Of a DNA stretch of 64,000 nt, positions 35,746-48,791 are shown one piece after another; the first letter of the stretch is position 1, and the number at the start of each line of letters is the position of its first letter. The stretch is from Rebecca billardiae RCC1528 (lineage: Eukaryota > Protista > Haptophyta). The stretch is taken from contig OZ251248.1 in the NCBI GenBank assembly GCA_965240325.2, positions 992,001 through 1,056,000 on the forward strand. Direction: 5' to 3'. The position numbers were made by a program, and so were the translations under genes. The notes under the pieces were generated by a model. It did not search any database, was not told the origin of the DNA, and worked only from the letters and a program-made list of their open reading frames with translations.

Positions 35746-36715
35746 AGGGCGCGGGCGCGTACGCGGCGCACTACGCGGCGTGCGACTTCCTCGCCGCCGC
35801 GCCGCCGCCGCGCGCCTCCTCCGCCCGTCTCCTCGCCTCCCTCGAGCGACTCGGCGGCGGCGCCGGGCCGCTGGCCGCGCCGTTTTTTGAGAGCGTCGTC
35901 TTCAGCGCGGCGCCGTGCGCGCGGCTGCACTACGGCTTCCGGTGCGTGCGCGGGGGAGGGTGCGGCCGTGCCCTACGCTGTGCCCCTGACCCTATCCCGC
36001 ACCCCGCACCCCGCAGGTACGACCGTCGCAACCACAGCACGCAGCTGTTCACGCTGCAGGCGCTGCCGCCGCTGCGCCGGAGCGCGGCCGAGGGCGGCGG
36101 CGCGGAGGCGGCGGCGGCGGGCGCGGGCGGCGAGGCGGCGGAGGGGTCGGGCTCGGACAACGACGACGGCGAGGAGGAGGAGGACGACGAGGGCGGCGGC
36201 AGCAGCAGCGGCTCCGACTCGGACGCCGCCGCCGACGACGACGCGGCCGCCGCGCTGCGCGAGCGGCGGCGCCAGTTCGGACACGGCCCGCGCGCGCGCA
36301 CGCGGCTCGCGCCGCCGCCGCCCGACTGGGGCGGCGACGAGTGGTCGCGCTTCGCGTGGGAGTGCCCCGTGCTCGTCGCCGAGCCCGCGGGGATCGTCGC
36401 GCACACCGTCGCCATCGCCACCGGCCAGCCCACCCGCGCGCACGTCGAGCCGCTCGACGACGCGGCCGCGGCGCGCCTCGAGCGCGGCGCCAGCGTGCAC
36501 GTCCGCCGCAAGCGCGCGCGCGAATGGCTGCCTGGCACGCTCGTGGGAAGGCGGGGCTCGGCGGCGACGGGGGTCTCGCTCGAGGTGGCCATCTCGACGG
36601 GGGACGTGCTGAGGGCGCCGCCGCGCCGCGTCGCGCGCCGCCACGCGCACGTCGCCGCGCACGCGCTGCCGTGCCGCTCGGCGCGCGGCGGCGCGGCGCG
36701 GCGCGGCGGCGGCGG

Positions 36716-36754
<39 letters not shown>

Positions 36755-38840
36755 AGGCGGCGGCGGCGGCGGCGGCGCCAAGGGGCGGCGGCACGGCGCG
36801 GACGACGCGGTGACGTCGGGCCTGCTCGCCGGCGGCACGTCGCTCGCCGAGTCCACCGCGTGGGGCGAGCTCGAGGTCCCCGTCCGCTTCGCCGTCCTCG
36901 ACGTGAGCGGCGGCGCGGCCGGCGGCGGCGGCGGCGGCGGCTGCGCCGCGCTGGCGACACCGGTGCTATCGTCACGACAGCCGCAGCGCGACGCGGTGCT
37001 GCGCGCCGCGCTCGGCGCGGCGCGCGACCTGCCGACGGTGGCGGCGGACGCGGCGCGCGAGCTCGGCGCGCCCACCGCGTCCGGCGCCACCGTCGCCGCG
37101 CTCGCCGCCGCGCTCGCCGACCCCTCGCTGCACGTGAGCGTGCGCGCGGCCGCGGCGCGCGCGCTCGGCCGCGCCGCGGCGCCCGCCACCGACTTTGCCT
37201 CCGTCAGCGCGCTGCGCGCGTTCGCGCACGCGGCGTTTGTGGACGGGCGCAGCGGCCGGCTGCGCGCCGAGGCGGTGGGCGCGAGCCCCGAGCTGCGCGC
37301 CCTCTGGGCCGCCGTGCTGCACGCGCTGGCCGCCGCGCGCGACGGCGGCGCGGGCGGCGCGTGCGCGCCGCCCGCGTGGCGCGCGGCGCTCGAGCTCGCC
37401 GCGCTCGCGGACGCGGCCGCGCCGTCCGCGCTCGGCGCCGCCGACGGCGACGGCGGCGGCGGCGGCGAGGAGGGCGACGAGGGCGGCGCGGGCGAGCTGC
37501 TCGCCATCGCCATCGCCGCGCTCGCGCGCGCACCGCCGCCGGCCGGCGCGCACGCCGCCGCGCCGCTTGCCGCGCTCGCGCGCCACAGCCTTGCGCTCGA
37601 GTGCTTGCGCGGGCCGGCGCGCGCGCGCGCGCGCGGCGCGCTCGCGGGTGCGTGCGTGCGCGCGCTCGCGGGCCTGCGCGCGCGCGGCGCGCTGCCGCCG
37701 GCTGGCGCGGCGGCGACCGAGCCGGCGGCGGGCCGCTGCGAGGCGGCGCGCTTCGTCTTCGGCCGCCGCGCCGCCGCCTGGCCGGTGGGCGCGCGCACGG
37801 CTGCGGTGCGCGCGCTCGCGGGCCGCGCGCTCGGCGCGCTGCGCGCCGCCGCCGCGCGCGCCGACCGGCTGGGCGGCGGCGGCGGCGAGGCGGAGGAGGA
37901 GGAGGAGGAGGGCGCGGCGCTCGGCGCGGGTCTGCGCGCGCTGCGCGAGCTGCTCGCCGCCCTGCTCGCACCGCCGCCGCCCAGCGCGCGCGCGCGCGCG
38001 GCCGGCGGCGCGGCCGCCGCGCCGCCGCCGCGCGCGCCGCCGCGCGCCGCCGCCGCCGTGCACGGCGGCCGCGCCGCGCGGCTCGCGCTGCTGCGCGCGG
38101 CGCTGGACGAGGTGTCGGCGGGGCCGCACGCGCGCACGGCGCGCGCGGCGCTGCGCGCGCCCAGCCCCGAGGCCGCGCGCACCGCGCACGCGCTCTGGCG
38201 CGCGCTCAACGCGCCCGCCACCGAGCCGCGCGCGCGCGCCGCGCTCGCGGCATTCTGGGCTTGGGCGTGGGGGGAGGCGCGCACCGCGCCGTGCCTCGGC
38301 GGCGGCGGCGCGGCGCTGCGCGCGGAGGAGATCCGCGCGCACCTGCGGTGCAACCCGCGCCCGCGCCTCCCGCGCGCGCCCGCCTTCGTCGGCACGCGCG
38401 AGGCCCTCGCCATCCGCCTCGAGGCCGCGCGCGCGCGCGCGGCCGAGGCGGCCGCGCGGCGGGACGTGATCGTCTCGCTCGACCTTGGCGCGGCCGGCGG
38501 CGGCGGCGGCGGCGGGGTGGGCGGGGAGGGCGAGGGGCTGCGCGGCGGCGGGCTGGGGCGCGCGTACGCGCGCGTGAGCCTGCGCATGGCCGGCGCCGAC
38601 CCGCACGCGCCGCCCACCGACCCGCGCTCCTGGCTCCGCTGGGACGACGCGTGCGCGGCCGAACGCACGCTCGCCGCCATCGACGCGGGCTACGACCAGC
38701 TGTGCGCGCGCACCGGCCGGAGGCTGTGGCTCAGGCGCAGGGCGGAGGGCGAGGAGGGCGAGGAGGCGGACGAGGCGGCCGCCGCCGGCGGCGCGGCCGG
38801 CGCGGGGGCGGCGGCCGACGACGCGGGGGCGGCGTGGTGA
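33774..38840 (+). CDS. TAF2: TFIID subunit 2-like protein (inactive M1 aminopeptidase fold plus HEAT-like C-terminus)
   Basis: Motifs GLRGETELAV, LTLNAG, TRHWLPCADRP and AVASGEL. LARGLAGSWVG...ASWAEWWVASGAQGW occupies the place of HExxH...E, as in TAF2. Probable in-frame intron at about 35942-36017. Confidence 0.7.
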
Positions 38841-40182
38841 CGCCGGGCGACCGCGGAGCAGATAGCAGTCGAGTGATCCATTCAGTGATCGGCGGCGCCA
38901 CGGACTGACGACCCCGCGACCCGTGACGATCGACGGTCGTCGTCGCAGTGACTGATGCTGCCGAGTCACGACGTCGACGCACGACAGCGCATCATCATCA
39001 TCAGCATATGTACATCCGCCACAGCAGACACTGCGCGCGCTATACGCGCGCGATGTATATATATACTACGCTATATATATATACTGAGACTGGGCGGCGG
39101 ATGTCACATATATATACTGATGTATATATTCCGCCACGACTATATTCCACGACGACGCTGACTCTACCGCTACCGCGCGCACGGACGTCGCGAGCCGACG
39201 ACGATGCCAGCCTGATGAAGCCCTGCGATGATCGACGATATAGTACTATAACTACTAGTCATCCCGGACCCGGAGCTGGGCGATAAGACCCAGCTAGAGC
39301 AGTCAGCAGCTGCAGTTGCTTGTGACGACACTGACGACGGACCGGACCGCGCCGTGTAACTCTATGGCGCGCTGCCGTGACCGTCATCACGACTCGCGGC
39401 TGAAATATATTGATGATGAATATATCACGACGACTGCTATTAGTATAACTAATTATTAGTAGCAGCCGCCGGCCGCCGCCGGAGCCGCGCGGGCAGCGGC
39501 TCGGCCGATGAGTGACATCGCCGGTACCGTACTTCACTACTCGACCGCCGCGCGCCCAGCAGTAGCAGTAGCATCATCACGACTACAGTTTATTATTTGC
39601 AGTAGCATGTTTTATAGAACGTGCGTAACTCGGGCTCACGCGGTGGCAGGTTGCCGCGCCATCCTTCATCGCACGACGCTCTCCGAAGAGAGACCTGGAA
39701 ACTGGTTACAGTAGTAGTAGGCTGCTGGCCGTCGTATGGCGACTCCGCATCGGTCCGACCGGCAGACCGCAGACCGACTGACGCGGCGTGGCGGCGGCGT
39801 CGCGCAGCAGGTCGCGGATCGCGGATCGGCGGCGCATCAATCGATGATGGCCCGCGGTGCAGGGCGGAGCGCGTAGCGTGGAGCCCCGCCGGGGGCCCTC
39901 ACTACGTTGTCAAAAAGATCTTTTGATCAAAGAAAAGGGGACGGGGGACGATTTTGAGGGCTGTTGGAGGGTGAGTTTTCGACTTTTTGAGGGGGGTATG
40001 CTGTCCATCACAGCTTAAAAGGCCGCGCCCGCTGCAATTCTTGTATCTACTATGGACGGACGTGGGATCAGATACCCCGGGGGTGAAACAAGTGAGTATT
40101 CCTACCCCTCTTATATGCTGAAGTACGAGTTTGCCGAGCGACGTTTGCTGATTGTTTTGGGTCGAAAACAGCTATGAGGCCA

Positions 40183-40410
40183 GATTCTTTTGAATAGTGC
40201 TTGTTCAAATACGTTACCCGCCTGCCTCGATGGATGAACCGCCTCGTCATATTAAAAGAGATTCTTTTCAATAGCGCCTGTCCAACCAAGTTACCCGTCT
40301 GCCTCGATGGATGAACCTCCTAGTGTCATAATGAAGGGATTGTTTTGAATAGCGCTGAATAAACCAAGTTACCCGCCTGCCTCGATGGATGAACCTCCTT
40401 TGCCATAATA
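40183..40410 (+). repeat. Three tandem ~77-78-bp repeats inside element E (mirrored at 41785-42012)
   Basis: Core GTTACCCG(C/T)CTGCCTCGATGGATGAACC(G/T)CCT occurs three times, with related AT-rich linkers. Confidence 0.9.
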
Positions 40411-42347
40411 TGACCGCGTTCCGCGGTCCTTCCGTAGAACCAACGTAGTTAGGGGCCCGCGGTGCACCCTCCGTCGGCTGCTGTCTCAGTCTGGTCAACA
40501 TGGCGGGCCGATGAGGACTGTCGCCGCGGGCCCGCGCGAAGAAGTACGGACGGCGGCCGGGGCAGCGGCGCGCGCGCGCAGGGCGAGCCTGGGCCTTGAG
40601 GTGCTCGCGCTGCGCCACGCGCTCGACGACGGGCCGCTGGTCGCTCAGCCGGCGCGCCTCGTGCCGGCAGAGCGAGAGCGCGCACCACTCTGCTGGCCCC
40701 ACCCCCAGCGGCCCCAGCCTGAGCTCACGGCGCTGCGCAGCCGCGCACCGAGAGGCGAGACCGACTACCGAGCGGAGCTCGGGGTGGAACGAGGCGAGCG
40801 GCGGGTCGCGCCTGCCGGCCGCGCGTGCGCGCCTGCTCCACCGCGCCACCGTGCTCGCCCGCCGCCTCCTCCGCCGCGTCGGCCTCGAAGCCACGGCGGC
40901 GGCCAGCCAGCCTCCGACCGAGGCGCGGAGCCCGTGCGTGCTCACTCACCCGGCGCGGTGGCGCCCTCGAGTCGACGGCCGTCTACTCCACAGCTGGCTG
41001 CTCGAGCTGCTGCACGGGGCGTCGCGACGAGGGCGCCGCGCGCGCCCAGCGCGTCCGTCGCCGCGTCGCGCAGCGCGTCGAGCTCGGCGCCGCGCTTCGC
41101 CAGCTCGGCGCCCAGCAGCGCCTCCGTGCGCACTCGTGCTCATTCGATTGTCGTCATCGCGCTCGTCGGCTCCGTGGCGAGCCCGCGGGGCGGACGAGCG
41201 GACTACTGCGCGCCGCAGCAGGAGCAGCGCGCGGCGCGCAGCGCTCCGCGCGCAGCAGGGCCGTCTCCTCATCCACCGAGTGCACGGCCTGCGCGGCGGC
41301 GACGGCGGCGCGCGCCCGGCCGCGGGGGGACGCAAGCGCTGCGGGCCGAGATGAGTCCGGCCGCCGAGCCGCGGTGGCGGCGTCGGCGTGCGCGCCGGGC
41401 GAGGTGAGCGAGCTCACGCGGCCCGGGCTCAGCACGCCCGTGCACAGCGCCGGCCGCGGTGGCGAGCGCGCACCGCTCGGCCGCGGTGGCAACCGGCTGA
41501 GCGGTTGATGTTTCGGATTGTTTGAAGCCGCGAGGTCAGCGACGTCTCCGATGACTCGGCCATGATTGTGGTCCTCCTTCGCCCACGGGTGCTTTGTCGA
41601 CCATCCGCTGGAGGCGCGCCAACGTCGGTACGGACAGCGCCTGCTTGAGCGTCGTGATGTGCATCAGCTCGAGCCGGCCGAAGATGGGCCCGCCGACGGC
41701 GATGATCATGATGTGCGCGCTTGCCGCTTGGGCACCCGTCCTCGTCGCGAGACGCTGGCGGGCGGGTAACCCGTTTTTCTTTCATATTATGGCAAAGGAG
41801 GTTCATCCATCGAGGCAGGCGGGTAACTTGGTTTATTCAGCGCTATTCAAAACAATCCCTTCATTATGACACTAGGAGGTTCATCCATCGAGGCAGACGG
41901 GTAACTTGGTTGGACAGGCGCTATTGAAAAGAATCTCTTTTAATATGACGAGGCGGTTCATCCATCGAGGCAGGCGGGTAACGTATTTGAACAAGCACTA
42001 TTCAAAAGAATCTGGCCTCATAGCTGTTTTCGACCCAAAACAATCAGCAAACGTCGCTCGGCAAACTCGTACTTCAGCATACAAGAGGGGTAGGAATACT
42101 CACTTGTTTCACCCCCGGGGTATCTGATCCCACGTCCGTCCATAGTAGATACAAGAATTGCAGCGGGCGCGGCCTTTCAAGCTGTGATGGACAGCATACC
42201 CCCCTCAAAAAGTCGAAAACTCACCCTCCAACAGCCCTCAAAATCGTCCCCCGTCCCCTTTTCTTTGATCAAAAGATCTTTTTGACAACGTAGTGAGGGC
42301 CCCCGGCGGGGCTCCACGCTACGCGCTCCGCCCTGCACCGCGGGCCA
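40411..42347 (-). mobile_element. Element E, inner intact copy (1937 bp), inserted inverted into the outer copy
   Basis: Junctions are CCATAATA|TGACCGCG and CGCGGGCCA|TGAAAG. The intact empty site CTTTCA^TATTATGG is visible inside this copy at 41784/41785. Confidence 0.88.
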
Positions 42348-43720
42348 TGAAAGAAAAACGGGTTACCCGCCCGCCAGCTGTCTCGCGACGAGGACGGGTG
42401 CCCAAGCGGCAAGCGCGCACATCATGATCATCGCCGTCGGCGGGCCCATCTTCGGCCGGCTCGAGCTGATGCACATCACGACGCTCAAGCAGGCGCTGTC
42501 CGTACCGACGTTGGCGCGCCTCCAGCGGATGGTCGACAAAGCACCCGTGGGCGAAGGAGGACCACAATCATGGCCGAGTCATCGGAGACGTCGCTGACCT
42601 CGCGGCTTCAAACAATCCGAAACATCAACCGCTCAGCCGGTTGCCACCGCGGCCGAGCGGTGCGCGCTCGCCACCGCGGCCGGCGCTGTGCACGGGCGTG
42701 CTGAGCCCGGGCCGCGTGAGCTCGCCCACCTCGCCCGGCGCGCACGCCGACGCCGCCACCGCGGCTCGGCGGCCGGACTCATCTCGGCCCGCAGCGCTTG
42801 CGTCCCCCCGCGGCCGGGCGCGCGCCGCCGTCGCCGCCGCGCAGGCCGTGCACTCGGTGGATGAGGAGACGGCCCTGCTGCGCGCGGAGCGCTGCGCGCC
42901 GCGCGCTGCTCCTGCTGCGGCGCGCAGTAGTCCGCTCGTCCGCCCCGCGGGCTCGCCACGGAGCCGACGAGCGCGATGACGACAATCGAATGAGCACGAG
43001 TGCGCACGGAGGCGCTGGGCGCCGACGGCAGTGGCGAAGCGCGGCGCCGAGCTCGACGCGCTGCGCGACGCGGCGACGGACGCGCTGGGCGCGCGCGGCG
43101 CCCTCGTCGCGACGCCCCGTGCAGCAGCTCGAGCAGCCAGCTGTGGAGTAGACGGCCGTCGACTCGAGGGCGCCACCGCGCCGGGTGAGTGAGCACGCAC
43201 GGGCTCCGCCTCGGTCGGAGGCTGGCTGGCCGCCGCCGTGGCTTCGAGGCCGACGCGGCGGAGGAGGCGGCGGGCGAGCACGGTGGCGCGGTGGAGCAGG
43301 CGCGCACGCGCGGCCGGCAGGCGCGACCCGCCGCTCGCCTCGTTCCACCCCGAGCTCCGCTCGGTAGTCGGTCTCGCCTCTCGGTGCGCGGCTGCGCAGC
43401 GCCGTGAGCTCAGGCTGGGGCCGCTGGGGGTGGGGCCAGCAGAGTGGTGCGCGCTCTCGCTCTGCCGGCACGAGGCGCGCCGGCTGAGCGACCAGCGGCC
43501 CGTCGTCGAGCGCGTGGCGCAGCGCGAGCACCTCAAGGCCCAGGCTCGCCCTGCGCGCGCGCGCCGCTGCCCCGGCCGCCGTCCGTACTTCTTCGCGCGG
43601 GCCCGCGGCGACAGTCCTCATCGGCCCGCCATGTTGACCAGACTGAGACAGCAGCCGACGGAGGGTGCACCGCGGGCCCCTAACTACGTTGGTTCTACGG
43701 AAGGACCGCGGAACGCGGTC

Positions 43721-43884
<164 letters not shown>

Positions 43885-44227
43885 TACGACGACTGCGCTA
43901 TATATGTATCGATCGAGACGATCCGGACGCGATGATGACGACCGGAAGTCAGCCGGCCGCGCGGCTCACATGGCGGCGACCGGCGTATATATATCAAATA
44001 TAATATCTGATGAATAAGCACGCAGCTAGCATCACTGCGCTACTGTGCCATGGAGCAGTACGGCATACACCGTTATGCTAGCACGGGTACCGCGGCGCAT
44101 GGCAGCACTCGGCATCGATGCGGGCCGCGAGTGACGGTCCGGTCAGGCCGCGGCCCGGCCGCGCAGCAGTAGATCAGACTCCGTCGTAGGCGTACGCGTC
44201 ATATTGGCGCGTCACCATCAGCCCGAC

Positions 44228-46891
44228 TCAGCCAGACGAGCGCCACGGCTTGCACGGCTGCACCTCGAACTCGAAGCGCTCGGCCGAGTCTGCGCGCGCG
44301 TCGGCGCCGTACGATGGCAGCTCGAGCAGAAGGTCCCCGCGCACAGAGCGCGCGCGCCACGGGCCGGCGCGGCCGACCGCGGCGAAGGCCAGCGCCTGGC
44401 CGTGCGGCGCGAGCGTGCCCATGCCCACCTCCGCGCCGGCGCCGTCGAGCGCGAACAGCTCGACCGGGTGCGGCGTGCGGTTGATGAACGTGAGCGAGTC
44501 GGCGGGGGCGGCGGCGGCGGCGGGTGCGGCGGTGGCGGGCGCGTCGCCGCCCTCCGCGCCGCCGCCGCGCTCGCCCTCGGCGCCGTCGGCGGGCACGGCG
44601 GGCGCGGGCGCGGCGGCGCCGCCGTCGTGGCCGTGCGGCGCGCGCAGCCCCGCCGTCTCCGCCGGGCACGGCGGCAGCGCCTCCGCCTCGGCCGGGTCGC
44701 CGCCGAGCGCGCACACGCCTGGCGCGAGGTCGTCGCAGCAGTCGCCGAACGACGCGCAGTGCTCGCGGCCGCAGCGGCAGCTCGAGCCGTCGGCGAAGAT
44801 GAGCCGCTCGAGCACGGGGAGCGCGGAGCGCCGCGCGGGCAGCACGCCCGGCAGCGCCCCCGCGCCGCCGCGCCGCGCCGCGCCCACGCCCAGCCCGGGC
44901 CCGAACCGGCCGCGCACGCCGGGGTCTTGCTTGCCGATGTCCTGCCCGATGGGGAGCTGCGTGGGCGGCGGCGACTCGCCGCGGAGCTTGCGGCCCATCC
45001 AGTCGTCCCAGCGGTGCAGGATGGCGCTGTCCACTGCGGGCAGGGTGGTGGGGAGGAGGGGGCGGAGGAGGGGACGGGGTCACTCGGCGCTCGGCTCGCG
45101 GGGCTGGCCGACCGGTGTGTGTGTGCGTGCGTGTGCGCGCGTGTGTGTGGCCGCGGGCGCGCTGGCGGTGTGTGCGCGCGGGCGTGCGCAAGCGCGCGCG
45201 GCGGCCCCACGGCCGGAGGCACGCGCCGCCCGCCCCCCGCCCCGCCACGAGCGCCCGCCCAGCCGCGCGCACGCCCCGCCCGCCGCCGCACACGCACCCT
45301 CCGGGTCCACCTTGCGCGCAAACATGAACGGAGAGCCGAACACCGCCTCCGCCTCATCCACGCGCAGCACGCGCGGCCCGCCCACAAAGTTCCAGCCGAC
45401 GGTGGACCAGTAGGAGCCCGGGTCGCCGTGGTAGTGCGGCCAGTCGATCCAGCGCAGGTTGTGGTGGAAGAGCGTGCCGTTGTACGGCGAGTGCATCGCG
45501 AGGGTCTGGAGGAACATCTCATCGCTCAGGACGCGCCGCTCAAAGACGCGCGCCCAGCGCCGGCCTGTTTCGTCGCGGTGAATGAACTCGGCGAGCTTGC
45601 GGTGCAGGATCACCCACTGCGAGCCGGACCAGTACTCCTCGCCCTCGCGGCGCCGCGGCACCTCCACCCCGCCCACGGTATCGTACACCACGGGGCCGGA
45701 GCGGCCGAAGCAGCAGTAGGGCGTGGGCGTGATGTCAAAGACGGCGCCGCTGAGCCCCACAAAGCCGTAACCGCCGCACTCGACCACGGGGTGGCGCTCG
45801 GCGAACTCGAGCGTGCGCTCGACCAGCTCGCCGCGGCCGGCGTGCACCTGCGCCGCGGCGGGCGGGCGGGGACGGCGGCGGGCGCGTGTCTGCGCGCGGA
45901 GGCCGGCTGGCGCGCGGGCGCAAGGCCGTGCCGCCTGCGGTGGCCGGTGGCCGCGCGCGTGCGCGCGCGCGCGCGCGCGCGCGTGCGTGCGTGTGCGCGC
46001 GCGGTCCACGCACACGCACGCACACACAGTTGCTCCACCCCGGCCCGCGCGCACACCTGCATGAAGCTGTAGGTCGTCTCCTTGAACGGGCGCAGCCAGG
46101 CCACCACCTCCGCGTTGGTGCGCAGCGCCAGGTCCGCGTCAGACAGGTTGATCAGAAAGTCAAAGTCGAGCGACATCTGCGCACGCGCAGGCGCGGGGCG
46201 GTGCGTGTCAGGCGCGGCCCGGCGCGCGTCGGGCCCGGCCCGGTGCGCGTCGAGCCCGGTGCGCGTCAGGCGCGGTGCGGCGCGTCGCGCGGCGCGCGGC
46301 GCGGCGCGTCGGCGCGCGGAGACTGGCGGCGGCGCGCGCGCGCAGCGCGGGCGGCGCGCGCACCTCGACGACGGTCTTGATGGCGTCGAGCAGCACGCTC
46401 ACCATCGTGAACGCGCCCCACTGCACCAGCCGCCGGTTGCGCAGCACGTGCACGTTCGCCAGCGGCGCCGCGTACTTTTCGATCTCCGCCTGCGCGGTGC
46501 CGTTCAGCTTGAGGTCGAGGTGAAGGAGGAAAAGGTGCGACGGGTGGTAGAGCGCGTGGATGAGGCGCGAGACGACGAGGTGGGAGTACGGGCGCGAGAG
46601 CATCACGAAGTACACCAGCCGCGGGTCGTGCGACGACGCGCGGTGCGACACGCGCACGCCGTGGAGCGGGTCGCCGTACAGCCGCGGGCCGAGACCGTGC
46701 GCGGACGCGAGCAGCGCCTGCCGCAGCGCGGTGCGGCAGCGCTCGGCGTCGGGCGCGGGGACGGGCGCGCCGGTGAAGTCGGTCAGGTTGAACACCGCGC
46801 CCCCGCCCGCCGCGTCCTCCGCCGCGAGCGTCGCGTCGATCTCGCGCCAGAGCGACTCGTCGTCGCGCGGCGGCGGCGGCGGCACGCCGCC

Positions 46892-46923
<32 letters not shown>

Positions 46924-47074
46924 CGGGGCGCGGCGGCATGGGGCGCGGCGGGTCGGCCGCCGCCGGCGGCGGCGTCGCGCGCCCCACGCACCCCGCCGCG
47001 AGCAGCAGCGCGCCCACCGTCGCCGCGCCGCGGCCGGCGCGCCGCCCGCGAGCAGCGCTCCGCGCCGTCGCCAT
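44228..47074 (-). CDS. GT14 (Core-2/I-branching, protein xylosyltransferase-like) glycosyltransferase with C-terminal Cys-rich and beta-domain extensions (multi-exon)
   Basis: Motifs RLIHALYHPSHLFLLHLDLK, NVHVLRNRRLVQWGAFTMV, FDFLINLSDADLAL, SGSQWVILHRKLAEF, SDEMFLQT, NLRWIDW and FARK. Three probable introns at about 46177-46363, 45848-46056 and 45035-45297. Confidence 0.88.
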
Positions 47075-47242
47075 GCTGCGCTAGCTCACGAACGCCGCGC
47101 TGGCGAGTGCCCGGCGCGCGGGCAGTCCGGGTTGGGGCGAAAGGCTTGGATCCGGGCGCGCGCCGCCGCGGCGTGGCATTTCTTTTGGGCGTGGCCGCCC
47201 GCCTGCCTCTCCGTCGAGGGTTGCCAGCGCCCGACCGAGCAC

Positions 47243-47807
47243 ATGGCTGACGCGGCGGGCGCCGCCGCCGCGCTCGGCGGCGACGAGGGGCTGCTCGACG
47301 CGCCGGGCGGCGCGCACGCGACCTCGCTGCTCGTCGCGTACTGGGCCGCCGCCTCGCTCGTCGCGGGCTGCCTCTTCCTCTGCTGCTACGCGCTGCTGCC
47401 GCCCGTGCGGCAGACGCCCGGCTGGCAGCTGATGCGCTCGTCGGTGTGCGAGCTGTTCGAGTCGGCGCTCTGGGCGGGCGTCGGGCTGGTCGCGCCGCCG
47501 TACGCGCGCACCCTCTGGCCCCCGCTCCTCGCGTGCGACATCGCCGCCAACGGCCTGCGCCTCACGATGTACCTCGACCTGCTCGTGGTCTACCGAGATC
47601 CCTTCTCCCCGCGGCTGTACCGCCCGCTCTACTACGTGGCGGTGGCGGCGTGCGCGCTGGGCGGGACGGTGTCGGCGGTGCTGTGCGGCGCGTCGCCGCA
47701 CGCGCCGCCCTCGCTCCTCCCCGCCGCGCCCCCCGCCTCCGAGCTGCTCGTGTGGGACCTGGTCTACCTGCCGTGTGCGGCGCTGTACACGGTCGGAGGT
47801 GTGTAGC

Positions 47808-47849
<42 letters not shown>

Positions 47850-47893
47850 ACACCTGCCGTGTGCGGCGCTGTACACGGTCGGAGGTGTGTAGC

Positions 47894-47937
<44 letters not shown>

Positions 47938-47981
47938 ACACCTGCCGTGTGCGGCGCTGTACACGGTCGGAGGTGTGTAGC

Positions 47982-48017
<36 letters not shown>

Positions 48018-48061
48018 ACACCTGCCGTGTGCGGCGCTGTACACGGTCGGAGGTGTGTAGC

Positions 48062-48101
<40 letters not shown>

Positions 48102-48146
48102 ACACCTGCCGTGTGCGGCGCTGTACACGGTCGGAGGTGTGTAGCC

Positions 48147-48189
<43 letters not shown>

Positions 48190-48233
48190 ACACCTGCCGT
48201 GTGCGGCGCTGTACACGGTCGGAGGTGTGTAGC

Positions 48234-48281
<48 letters not shown>

Positions 48282-48325
48282 ACACCTGCCGTGTGCGGCG
48301 CTGTACACGGTCGGAGGTGTGTAGC

Positions 48326-48369
<44 letters not shown>

Positions 48370-48413
48370 ACACCTGCCGTGTGCGGCGCTGTACACGGTC
48401 GGAGGTGTGTAGC

Positions 48414-48453
<40 letters not shown>

Positions 48454-48497
48454 ACACCTGCCGTGTGCGGCGCTGTACACGGTCGGAGGTGTGTAGC

Positions 48498-48535
<38 letters not shown>

Positions 48536-48579
48536 ACACCTGCCGTGTGCGGCGCTGTACACGGTCGGAGGTGTGTAGC

Positions 48580-48625
<46 letters not shown>

Positions 48626-48669
48626 ACACCTGCCGTGTGCGGCGCTGTACACGGTCGGAGGTGTGTAGC

Positions 48670-48707
<38 letters not shown>

Positions 48708-48751
48708 ACACCTGCCGTGTGCGGCGCTGTACACGGTCGGAGGTGTGTAGC

Positions 48752-48791
<40 letters not shown>

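Noticed and set aside
40183-40410. Mini-CRISPR interpretation of the 78-bp repeats
   Set aside because: Linkers are homologous to each other, so these are tandem repeats and not unique spacers.
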